From assembly GCA_964538915.1 (NCBI GenBank), contig CAZIFB010000018.1:3450-67449 (forward strand): a DNA stretch of 64,000 bases, given 5' to 3'. This document shows positions 35,180 through 43,272 of the stretch, piece by piece (within the stretch, counting starts at the first letter, position 1; each line of letters opens with the position of its first letter). Both the position numbers and the translations under genes were made by a program. Origin of the DNA: an uncultured candidatus Brocadiaceae bacterium (GTDB taxonomy: Bacteria; Planctomycetota; UBA1135; UBA2386). The notes under the pieces are model-generated. The model worked only from the letters and a program-made list of their open reading frames with translations, did not search any database and had not been told where the DNA came from.

Positions 35180-38050
35180 TCAGCGGTTGATCTGGAAGTA
35201 CTTGAAGAGGTTGAGTCCTTCGGTGCCGTGGTTCTTCAGGGTCGCGAAGTCGTCGGTGGCGCGGGCGATGCGATAGAACTTGTCCGCGATGTCCTTGAAC
35301 TTGCTGTCCTTCGCGGCGGCTTGCTTGGCGAACCAGTAGGCCTCCCACTGGAAGCGGTACCACTCGAGGCTGTACTTCGCGACTTCCTTGCGTTCACCCC
35401 ACGTGCGGTACTCACCGTAGTACTTCTGGTACGCCTCCGCCGGGCGGTCGAGGCCGGGGACCTTGGTCGGCGCGCCGGTCTTGCTGAACTCGAACCAGCC
35501 GCCGAGTGCGCGGCAGATCTGGCGCTTGATCTCCCACTGCGTGGGGTTCGCCTTCTCCGCCTCGACCAGCATGGTGTACGCGTCCTGGAAGCGTTGCTGT
35601 TGCAGCAACGCCTCGCCGATCTTCGGGCGAACCAGGAGATCGACGGCGTCCTTCACGCTCTTCGTCTTGTCGTCGCCGTAGAGCGACAGGGTCCGCTGCG
35701 CGACTTCGTCGACGCGCTTCCACTCACCGAGCTGCTCGTACTCGAGCATGGTGCCGATGAGCACGGCGAGCTGCGGCTTGGGCGAGGCCCCGATGTAGTC
35801 GCTGCCGAGCGCCACCAGCTTGGCCCGCAGCGCGTTGACCGCCGTGGTGGCGGTGTTGATCGCGGCGTCGCCCTTGTCCTCCTTGATCGCCTTGTCGACC
35901 TCGGCGACCAGCGACTTCACCTGGTTCTGGTACTCGCGGAAGATCTCGGTCGCGAGGCGCGAGGCCCGAGTCGGATCCTTCTCCTTCAGCTGCGCGTACG
36001 CCTCTTCGGCGCGCTCGAGTTGTCCGAGGTCGCAGTGCATGCGGCCGAGGTACTCGAGCACGACCGGGAGGTTCGATTCTCCGCCCTTGGCGAAGTTGGT
36101 CACGAACCCGCGCGCGCGCTCGATCGCCGTTGGGTACTTCGTGAGGTCCTTCGTGCGCTTCAGCTCCTCGTTGCCGCGTGCGTCGAAGTAGGCCATGGTC
36201 ACCTGCGTGTACTCTGCTTCGGCGGCGGAGACTTCGCGCACCTGGGCCTTGCCGGTGTCCTTCGGGTCGAGCGCGTTCGCCGCGGCCCACGCCGCGTAGT
36301 CGGCGAGCACCTTGCGTGCACTGTCGAAGTCGCCGAGGTTGCAATACGCCTTCGCGATGCGTACCTGCGCCTGCTCGTAGAACAGGAAGTCCGGGGTGAT
36401 CTTCTTGTACTCCGCGATCGCCTCGACGAACTTCTTCTCCGCGAACTGGTCGGTCGCGGACTTCCAGAACAGCTTGCTGCCGACGGAAGAACCGCCGTAG
36501 TCGCCGACGAGACGGCTCGCGGCGTCGATCGTCGGAGTGAAGAAGGCGTCGTTCTTGGTCTGGCGCTTCAGCGCCGTGATCGCCCGGTCGAGAACGTCTG
36601 CGACATCGGCCGCCTTCTCCTTGTCGTCCTTGGCGAAGTGCTCGAGGCCCTGCGACAGCGCGAGCACGCTCTCGAGGCTGCGACCGCTGGCGCCGAACGC
36701 CTGGCCGAGCATCTGGTAGGCGTCGAGTCCGATCGCCTTCTGCTCCTCGGGGGTCAGCGCGCCGATCGCCCGCCGCAAGCCCTTCACGGCTTCCTCGTAG
36801 TTCTTGTTCTGGTACTCGCCCTTGCCGATTTCGAAGAGCAGCTTGCCGGAGACGAGCGAGCTCTGCGCCGCGAGGATGTCGCGCAGCGCCGCTTTTGCCT
36901 TCACGCCGACGAAGTCCGCAGGGTGCTTGTCGTTGATGCGCTGCGTCATCGCGAGCGCGGCGGCGACCTTCTTCGGGTCGCCCGACTCGGCGAGGAAGCG
37001 ACTCTCCGCGAGCAGCATCAGGTGGCCGTGCTCGTCGCTGACGACGTCGAAGATGTCCTTGCCCTTCTCGCCGTACGCCTCCATGTCCTTGCGGAACTGG
37101 GCGAAGAGCTCGGCGGTGCCGGGAGCGCCCTCCTTGATCATGACCTCGCCGGTGCGCACGTAGACTTCCTGCATCATCTCGAACAGGAAGGCCGCCATTT
37201 CGCCGGACAGGCCGAGTTCGTCGGCCTGCTGCAGCGAGTTGCCGATCGAGAGCGTGGTGCCCTTGTAACTGTCGATCGCGGCGGGAATGTCACCAGCCAC
37301 CTCGCGGCACTGCGCGATCTCGAAGAGTCCGCGCAGGCCGAGCGCCGTTTCTTCGCCGGCTTCGAGGACCATCTCCGACAGGTCGTCGATCGACGCCTGG
37401 ATCAGCACCCCGCGATCGGCCTTGACCGCGCGCGCCCGCTCGCGCGACAGGACGCCGCGTCGCATCCAGAGCACGAGGTACTCGGTGCGCTTCTGATCGT
37501 CCGAGATCTGCGGCTTCAGGATCTCCATCACCTTCGTGCAGGCGTCGATCCCGACCTTGAAGACTTCGGCAGCCTCGTCTTCGAGTTCCTTCACGCGCTC
37601 CGGTGCGGTCTCGCGCGCGATCTCGAGTTCCTCGATGAGGAACTGACCGAACTCCTGCGACGCATTCGCGAGCGTGCCGCGCGCGCCCATCTGCACTGCG
37701 GGATCCGACGACCGCTCGACGAGTTCCTTCGACTTGTCGATCGCCTCCTTGAACAGCGTGCGCTGCTGCGCGCGGTCGCTCCGTGAGCGGGCGCCGTAGT
37801 AGGACACCTCGACGCCGAGCTGCGCGATCTTGTCCTGGTCCGCCGCGCCGCGGAACTCCGACGCGAGCCGGTCCGCCTCCTCCTTGGCCAGTTCGATGAA
37901 ACGCATCTCCCGGGCGAGGGCGCGCACGAAGGCGATCTCCCGGTCGAGCTTCTGCTGCTGCGCGAACGCGAGCGGGGACAACGAACCGAGGGCCAGGATC
38001 AGCAGGGGGGCGTTGATGCCGACTCGACGTCGGCTGGCACGGCAGCTCAC
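35180..38050 (-). CDS. Large secreted/periplasmic helical-repeat (TPR/Sel1-like) protein (956 aa)
   Basis: Real part of ORF 35180..39427, starting at GTG 38050 (M/VSCRASRRRVGINAPLLILALGSLSPLAFA|QQQ signal peptide). Degenerate TPR-like units (YEEAVKGLRRAIG, FVEAIAEYKKI, LERAEEAYAQLKEKDP, FQDAYTMLVEAEKANP). Confidence 0.8.
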   Translation of the reverse strand: MSCRASRRRVGINAPLLILALGSLSPLAFAQQQKLDREIAFVRALAREMRFIELAKEEADRLASEFRGAADQDKIAQLGVEVSYYGARSRSDRAQQRTLFKEAIDKSKELVERSSDPAVQMGARGTLANASQEFGQFLIEELEIARETAPERVKELEDEAAEVFKVGIDACTKVMEILKPQISDDQKRTEYLVLWMRRGVLSRERARAVKADRGVLIQASIDDLSEMVLEAGEETALGLRGLFEIAQCREVAGDIPAAIDSYKGTTLSIGNSLQQADELGLSGEMAAFLFEMMQEVYVRTGEVMIKEGAPGTAELFAQFRKDMEAYGEKGKDIFDVVSDEHGHLMLLAESRFLAESGDPKKVAAALAMTQRINDKHPADFVGVKAKAALRDILAAQSSLVSGKLLFEIGKGEYQNKNYEEAVKGLRRAIGALTPEEQKAIGLDAYQMLGQAFGASGRSLESVLALSQGLEHFAKDDKEKAADVADVLDRAITALKRQTKNDAFFTPTIDAASRLVGDYGGSSVGSKLFWKSATDQFAEKKFVEAIAEYKKITPDFLFYEQAQVRIAKAYCNLGDFDSARKVLADYAAWAAANALDPKDTGKAQVREVSAAEAEYTQVTMAYFDARGNEELKRTKDLTKYPTAIERARGFVTNFAKGGESNLPVVLEYLGRMHCDLGQLERAEEAYAQLKEKDPTRASRLATEIFREYQNQVKSLVAEVDKAIKEDKGDAAINTATTAVNALRAKLVALGSDYIGASPKPQLAVLIGTMLEYEQLGEWKRVDEVAQRTLSLYGDDKTKSVKDAVDLLVRPKIGEALLQQQRFQDAYTMLVEAEKANPTQWEIKRQICRALGGWFEFSKTGAPTKVPGLDRPAEAYQKYYGEYRTWGERKEVAKYSLEWYRFQWEAYWFAKQAAAKDSKFKDIADKFYRIARATDDFATLKNHGTEGLNLFKYFQINR

Positions 38051-38325
38051 GGGCAGACTCCGGGATTCGGGACAGCGTGGGATCGGTCGCACGGGCGCGT
38101 CCGGGGAGACGGGGCGTCCGTACACACAGCGCGGCCGGTGGGGCTCCGGGCGCGCTGCAGAGGGGGAAACGGCGAGCATAGCGAAGCGTTCAGTCGATCC
38201 AACAGCTCGCACGCCGCGCGGGTGGGGGACGGAAACGACCGCGGCCGCCGTTCCCCGAGGGAAGGGCGGCCGCGCGGCGCCTGCGGACCCCGCTGTCCGC
38301 GGGTCGGGATGGGGCGACTCTCGCC

Positions 38326-41016
38326 TCAGCGACCCGTGTTCGCCAGGGCGGCGGAGATCGCGGCGCCGGTCGGCTCGTGCTCGTCCATCAGCACGATGTT
38401 GGCGTGGATCAGGATCAGGATCTTGCGGTTCTGCACCGAGGTCCCGTTGCGGCTGAACAGCCAGCCGAGGCCGGGCAGGCTGCCGAGCAGCGGCACCGAC
38501 GAGCGCAGGTTCTGCCGCTCCACGAGGCGCATGCCGCCGAGCATCATCGTTCCGCCGTCGGGCATCGTGACGGTCGTGCGCACGCGCTGCAGCGTGACTT
38601 CGGGCAGCTGGATCGAGATCGGGTTGCCGACGCCGAGGGTCGTCGTGAAGGTCGGGATCGGCACCTGCAGAGTCATCACCGTCGGCTTCAGCTCCATCGT
38701 GATGAAGCGCATGTCCGCGTCGACCACGGGGCGCACGTCGAGTGCGACGCCGTCGAACACGGTGCCGACCACCGGGTTCGCGACTGCGGCTGCCTGGGCG
38801 ATTTCGACCTCGAAATCCTTGATGTAGGCGATGTTCCGCAGGAAGTGCATCTGCGCCTGCGTGTTGTTGTAGACGAGCAGGCGGGGCGCATCGATGTTCT
38901 CCTTGCGCTCCTGCTTGCTCACCGCGCGCAGCACGACCTCGACTTCGGTGTCGTCGAGGAACGCGTACTGCAGCGACAGGCCGCCGGCGTTCGTCAGGCC
39001 GCCGTTGCGACCGCCGAGCGTCTGGTTGTAGAGGTTCTCGACGCGCGCCATCAGGTCGCCGTCGCCGCCGTTGTCGTAGAAGACGCCCGGCGTCGTGCCG
39101 GTGCCGACGATGCCCGGCGACGCGGCGTTCTGCTGGTTCCGCGGGCCGAAGTCGTCGAAGCCGGCGTTCGAGCGATCGCCCTGCTTCTCGAGGCCGCGAC
39201 CGGGGACGCCTTGCGATGCCTGGTTGCCGAGACCGCGCAGGTCGATGCCCACGTCCTCGAGGAAGCTGTCCTCGACCGTGAGGAAGCGCGCTTCGACGTC
39301 GATCTGGATGCCGACGTGGCGCCGCAGTTCGCGGAGGAGGTGGTCGACCGCGACGTGCGTCTCGCCGTCGGCGCGGATGTAGAGCACGCCGTTCTGCGGC
39401 GTGATCGTGAACGGCGCGCCGTCCCACTTGTCCGTCGCGACCGTCGACTTGATGAGGTCCACGAGGCGGCCTTCGTCGACCAGCGTCGGCGGCGCTTCTT
39501 CTTCCGGCGGCTGGAACACCGGGTTGTCGTCACCCGGCGTCTGCAGGCGCAGGTTCGGGCCCGGGGTGCCGCGCACGCCCATCACGAGATCCTGCACCTT
39601 GTAGTTCTGCAGGCGCAGCGTGCCGATCGCGTTCGTCGGGCTGACCAGGTGCACCAGCGCGTCCTTCACCTTGTAGGCGACGCCCGTCTGGGCCTGGATC
39701 GCGCGCAGTGCGTCACCGACCGAGCGGCGGGTGAGCCGGAACTCGGTGAGCGTCGTCTGCTCCGCCGGCATCTCTTTGACCTCGGGAGTCACGTAGAACG
39801 TGACGCCGGTGAGCTGCCCGTAGTAGGCGGCCCAGTCCTGCACCGTCGCGCTCGCGAACGTGTGCTCGAGCACCGTCTCGTTGAGGCGCTTCAGCACCTC
39901 CTGGTTGTCCGGCGACTCGATCTCGTCGACCGACGTGTACGTCGACGGCTTGCGCGACGCGACCTCCGACCAGCGCTGCGGGTCGAACACGACCGACGCG
40001 GTCTGCGGCACGAGGCTGTGCTGCAGCTCGAGGAAGGTCTTGTTCCACTCCGTGCGCCAACGTTCACGGCTCGTGTCGAGCGCCTGGTTGTGGCGCGCGC
40101 GGTCCGCCAGTTCGCGCAGTTCGAGGGCGACCGGGTTGGCCGGGTCGAGCATCAGCGCCTGGTCGACGAGGGCCACCGAGCCGGTGTAGTCGTTGTTCTG
40201 GAAGCGGACGTTCGCCTGCTCGAGCAGGCGCGTGACCTTGCCTTCGCGCTGGATCTCACCCTCGCGACGGATGCGGTCGATCTCCGCCTGCGACTTCATC
40301 GTCAGGCTGTCGAGCGCGGCCTTCTCGGCCTTGGCCTTCTGCTCGCGGGCGTCGGCGAGTGCGGCCTCGGTCTCCTTGCGCAAGGTTTCGTTCGCCTGCA
40401 CGTAGATCGAGAAGCGCATCGTCGTGGCGGCGCGCTCGAATGCGTCGATCGCGCGGCCGTAGTTGCCCTGCGACATGAACGCGCGGCCTTCCTGCATGTC
40501 GCGCTCGACGATCGCACGTTCGCGCTCGAGCTTGATGCGCTCGAGAAGGACCGTCTCCGTCACGCCCTGGCGACCGGTTTCGCCTTCGCCCAGCGAGTCG
40601 CCGAGGATCTGGTTGCAGCGCTGCAGGATGTCGCGCGCTTCCTTGTTGTCGTTGTCGAGTTCGAGCGCGTAGGCGGCTTCGTTGCGCGCATCCTCGAAGA
40701 GGCGCAGGTCGAGCGACGCCCGCGCGTTCTCGACCGCCTTGCGGACGATCGCGGCGCGGTCGCCGGGGCCCTGACCCTGCGGATCCTGGCCTTGCCGCCG
40801 CGCACTCGCGTCGACCGGCGTGCCGCGCCGATCACCGGTTGCGGAGCGAGCAGGTCCGCGTTCGTTCGTCGGCGCCGAACTCGTCATCGGGGCGCCGTCG
40901 TTGGCGTTCTTGTCGAACTCCGAGACGTTCTCGGACGGCGTACCCGAACACGCTGCGAGGGCCAGCAGGGACGATGCACACAAGCCGCGCAAGCGCAGGG
41001 TCTGAACCTTGATCAT
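38326..41016 (-). CDS. Secretin-family outer-membrane channel lipoprotein (secretin A) with long helical N-terminal region
   Basis: 896-aa ORF. Lipobox SLLALAAC|S, a charged helical N-terminal ~330 aa, and a C-terminal secretin domain (...TMPDGGTMMLGGM...SVPLLGSLPGLGWLFS...). Shares NGGDGD(L/I).AR.EN and IPTFTT(T/S)L blocks with secretin B. Confidence 0.85.
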   Translation of the reverse strand: MIKVQTLRLRGLCASSLLALAACSGTPSENVSEFDKNANDGAPMTSSAPTNERGPARSATGDRRGTPVDASARRQGQDPQGQGPGDRAAIVRKAVENARASLDLRLFEDARNEAAYALELDNDNKEARDILQRCNQILGDSLGEGETGRQGVTETVLLERIKLERERAIVERDMQEGRAFMSQGNYGRAIDAFERAATTMRFSIYVQANETLRKETEAALADAREQKAKAEKAALDSLTMKSQAEIDRIRREGEIQREGKVTRLLEQANVRFQNNDYTGSVALVDQALMLDPANPVALELRELADRARHNQALDTSRERWRTEWNKTFLELQHSLVPQTASVVFDPQRWSEVASRKPSTYTSVDEIESPDNQEVLKRLNETVLEHTFASATVQDWAAYYGQLTGVTFYVTPEVKEMPAEQTTLTEFRLTRRSVGDALRAIQAQTGVAYKVKDALVHLVSPTNAIGTLRLQNYKVQDLVMGVRGTPGPNLRLQTPGDDNPVFQPPEEEAPPTLVDEGRLVDLIKSTVATDKWDGAPFTITPQNGVLYIRADGETHVAVDHLLRELRRHVGIQIDVEARFLTVEDSFLEDVGIDLRGLGNQASQGVPGRGLEKQGDRSNAGFDDFGPRNQQNAASPGIVGTGTTPGVFYDNGGDGDLMARVENLYNQTLGGRNGGLTNAGGLSLQYAFLDDTEVEVVLRAVSKQERKENIDAPRLLVYNNTQAQMHFLRNIAYIKDFEVEIAQAAAVANPVVGTVFDGVALDVRPVVDADMRFITMELKPTVMTLQVPIPTFTTTLGVGNPISIQLPEVTLQRVRTTVTMPDGGTMMLGGMRLVERQNLRSSVPLLGSLPGLGWLFSRNGTSVQNRKILILIHANIVLMDEHEPTGAAISAALANTGR

Positions 41017-41222
41017 GCTGTGGGAGCCTGGATAGGCGAGCTAGCGGGAGGAGGGGGGCTGCCAGTTCGAGAGGCCTCGGTCTCGAAGTCCACGGCGTTC
41101 CTGCATGCCACAGGACATGCGCTGAGAGGACGGCGAGAGCGGCGGGTCCGGACGAAATCCCGCGATCCGGGGAGAAGCGGAACGCGAGAGTCGGCGGACG
41201 GTAGCGAGGCCTTGCGCGAGGG

Positions 41223-42083
41223 TCAAGGATGGTTCGGCCCTGGCTTTCCGGGCACTTCGGGCAGTCCGAGCAGGCGGTTCACCCGCTTGATGTCGTCCCA
41301 CGTCTCGCGCTTGTGCGAGGGGTCGCGCAGCAGGTAGGCGGGGTGCCAGGTGACGATCACCGGGGTCCCGTGGAAGTCGAGTGTCTGGCCCCGGAGGGCC
41401 CGGGTCGGCGCGCTGGTTCCGAGCAGGTTCTGGGCGGCGACCCGGCCGAGGCACACGATCACTTCCGGCTTCAGGATCTCGATCTGCCGCCGCAGGAAGG
41501 GCAGGCAGGCGGCGACTTCGTCGGGCTCCGGCTCGCGGTTGTTCGGCGGCCGGCACTTGTTGACGTTCGCGATGTAGACGTCGGCGCGCGCCATTCCCAT
41601 TGCGCCCGCGATGATCTTGTCCAGGAGCTGGCCCGCCGGCCCCACGAACGGCCGCCCTGTCTTGTCTTCCTGCATGCCGGGCGCTTCGCCGACGAAGAGC
41701 ACTCGCGGCGTCGGGTTGCCTTCGCCGAACACGACGCACGTCCGTCCGGTGTGGAGCTTGCACCGGGTGCACGGCATGACCTCGGCGCGCAGCGCCTGGA
41801 GCGGTTCCGCGGCAACGGCGGCGGCCGGTGGGGCGACGGGGCCCGCCACGGGTGGTACTGCGCGGGGCGCGGGCGGCGGCGTCGCCATCGGTGGCGCTGG
41901 CACAGGCCGTGGCCGGGGCAACGGCGGGGGCGACGGCTGGGGCGGAGGAAGCGGGCGCCCCTTCGGCGTTGGGGCGCCCGCATCCGGCGCCCGTTCGGCC
42001 CGCGCGACCGGCACATGCATGTCGCTGCCGTACGCTGCGGCGAGCCGCTCGAGGTGCTGCAGCAACGGGTCGGGCGCGGTCAC
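41223..42083 (-). CDS. Uracil-DNA glycosylase, family 4, with Pro/Ala-rich N-terminal extension
   Basis: 286-aa ORF. C.RC.L Fe-S Cys motif, GEGNP...FVGEAPGMQEDKTGRPFVGPAGQLL, and HPAYLLR near the C-terminus. Confidence 0.85.
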   Translation of the reverse strand: MTAPDPLLQHLERLAAAYGSDMHVPVARAERAPDAGAPTPKGRPLPPPQPSPPPLPRPRPVPAPPMATPPPAPRAVPPVAGPVAPPAAAVAAEPLQALRAEVMPCTRCKLHTGRTCVVFGEGNPTPRVLFVGEAPGMQEDKTGRPFVGPAGQLLDKIIAGAMGMARADVYIANVNKCRPPNNREPEPDEVAACLPFLRRQIEILKPEVIVCLGRVAAQNLLGTSAPTRALRGQTLDFHGTPVIVTWHPAYLLRDPSHKRETWDDIKRVNRLLGLPEVPGKPGPNHP

Positions 42084-42092
42084 GGCGCGGTT

Positions 42093-43070
42093 CTAGCCGT
42101 GGCGCGGATCCGCGGCCATCGGGTAGTCGGGCCTTCGCGGGAAGAGACCGTAGCTGTGCGCGAGGCTCGCCCGCGCTCCGAGTGCGAACACGGAGTGCCA
42201 GGCGACACGGTCGACGCTCTGCGACGGCAGCGCGATGCTGTCGCCGGCGCGCAGCACGAACAACGCGCCGCGTGCCGCGAGTTCGGCACAGAACGCGGCG
42301 TCGCGGTTCAGCACCCGCCAGAGCCGTTCGTCCGTGCCCGCGTCGAGCGCTTCCATCGCCGCGCGCTTCGTCTTGCGCGCGCCGACCCGGACGATCAGCC
42401 CGGCGAGGCGCTCCTTCGGCAACGAGAGCCAGGCGGTGTGCCCCTCGAGCTGGCTGAATATCACGCCGATCTGGCCCGGTTCGGCATCGTGGTGGAACAC
42501 GGCGCCGCCGTCGGGCGCGTTGTTGTAGACGATGCGCTCCGACAGGCGGTGCGGTCGCACGATCATCGCATCGAGCATGCGGCGCAGCGGCTCGCACCGC
42601 AGTACGGCCGCGCACTCCGGGAACATGCGGTGCGCGAAGCGGTCGACCCAGCTCGCGGTGAGATCCGTCGCGCGCATCCACTCCTCGATCTGCTCCTTGC
42701 CCGCGGAGAAACGGATGCGCAGCGACACGTCGGACTCGTCGTTCGCGATCCACGCGAGCTTCGCCCAGACATCCTCGGCCTCCACGAGCCCGCCCGGCTC
42801 CGCGTCGACGAAGACGCGCTCGACTTCGCGCGGATCGCTGCGGTCCTTCGTGCTGCCGGCGTACCGCAGGTCGGGATCGTCGCCGACACGGCGTTCGACC
42901 TCGTCGAGGAAGCGTCCTCCGCGTCGCAGGCGGGCGAACATGCGGAGCGACGCCCTTATCGCGCGTTCGTGGCGCGCCGGCGCATCGCCGAGGACGCCGG
43001 GGAAGAAGACCGGTTCGCTGCGATCCCAGCGGCGCTTCGCGTCGGCGATCGAAGGCATCGTGCGATCCAT
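42093..43070 (-). CDS. Hypothetical protein (possible cupin/JmjC-like fold)
   Basis: Tail of ORF 42093..43349, with the start placed at residue 94 (MDRTMPSIAD) to avoid overlap with the divergent gene. Contains an FHHDAEP (H.D) motif. The function call is weak. Confidence 0.5.
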   Translation of the reverse strand: MDRTMPSIADAKRRWDRSEPVFFPGVLGDAPARHERAIRASLRMFARLRRGGRFLDEVERRVGDDPDLRYAGSTKDRSDPREVERVFVDAEPGGLVEAEDVWAKLAWIANDESDVSLRIRFSAGKEQIEEWMRATDLTASWVDRFAHRMFPECAAVLRCEPLRRMLDAMIVRPHRLSERIVYNNAPDGGAVFHHDAEPGQIGVIFSQLEGHTAWLSLPKERLAGLIVRVGARKTKRAAMEALDAGTDERLWRVLNRDAAFCAELAARGALFVLRAGDSIALPSQSVDRVAWHSVFALGARASLAHSYGLFPRRPDYPMAADPRHG

Positions 43071-43272
43071 TGCGACGACGAAGCCCAGGTCGGCGCCGCG
43101 GCGGCGCAGCGGCCAGACGTCGCGATCGCGGCGACGCAGTGCGCCGACGACGGCGTCCGATCCGGGGCGCAGATGGCGGGCGGCGAACACGGCGCGACAG
43201 CGTGCCGCGGCGGCCTGGCGGCGCAAGGGCAGTGGCGTCCCTTCGCCGGTGGCGTACGCTCTTCGGCCCGCG

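Noticed and set aside
38228-38254. ECF-type promoter (GGAAC-N18-CGTC, minus strand) upstream of the 956-aa helical protein gene
   Set aside because: The 18-nt spacer is longer than the usual 16-17 nt. The motif overlaps a hairpin and lies ~180 nt from the start codon, which is too weak to report as a feature.
1058-39427. N-terminal extensions of real genes as given in the track (1058..3553, 7307..9394, 14400..16847, 33064..34296, 35180..39427, 22568..24598 and others)
   Set aside because: The upstream parts are Arg-rich, overlap neighbouring genuine genes and lack homology-like sequence. I chose internal starts that give proper signal peptides or family-typical N-termini, often with ATGA/TGATG coupling.
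28995-41016. Annotating the locus as a canonical type II secretion, type IV pilus or TonB-ExbBD uptake system
   Set aside because: No GspE/PilB ATPase, GspF/PilC platform, prepilin-like genes, TonB C-terminal domain or TonB-dependent receptor is visible in the 64 kb. The label would be unsupported, so the block is reported as unassigned.
35162-41337. Long plus-strand ORFs 35162..37786 (874 aa) and 38377..41337 (986 aa)
   Set aside because: They lie antisense to the 956-aa helical protein and to secretin A. Their composition is dominated by Arg/Leu/Asp/Glu/Val runs that mirror the sense-strand codons, with no motifs.
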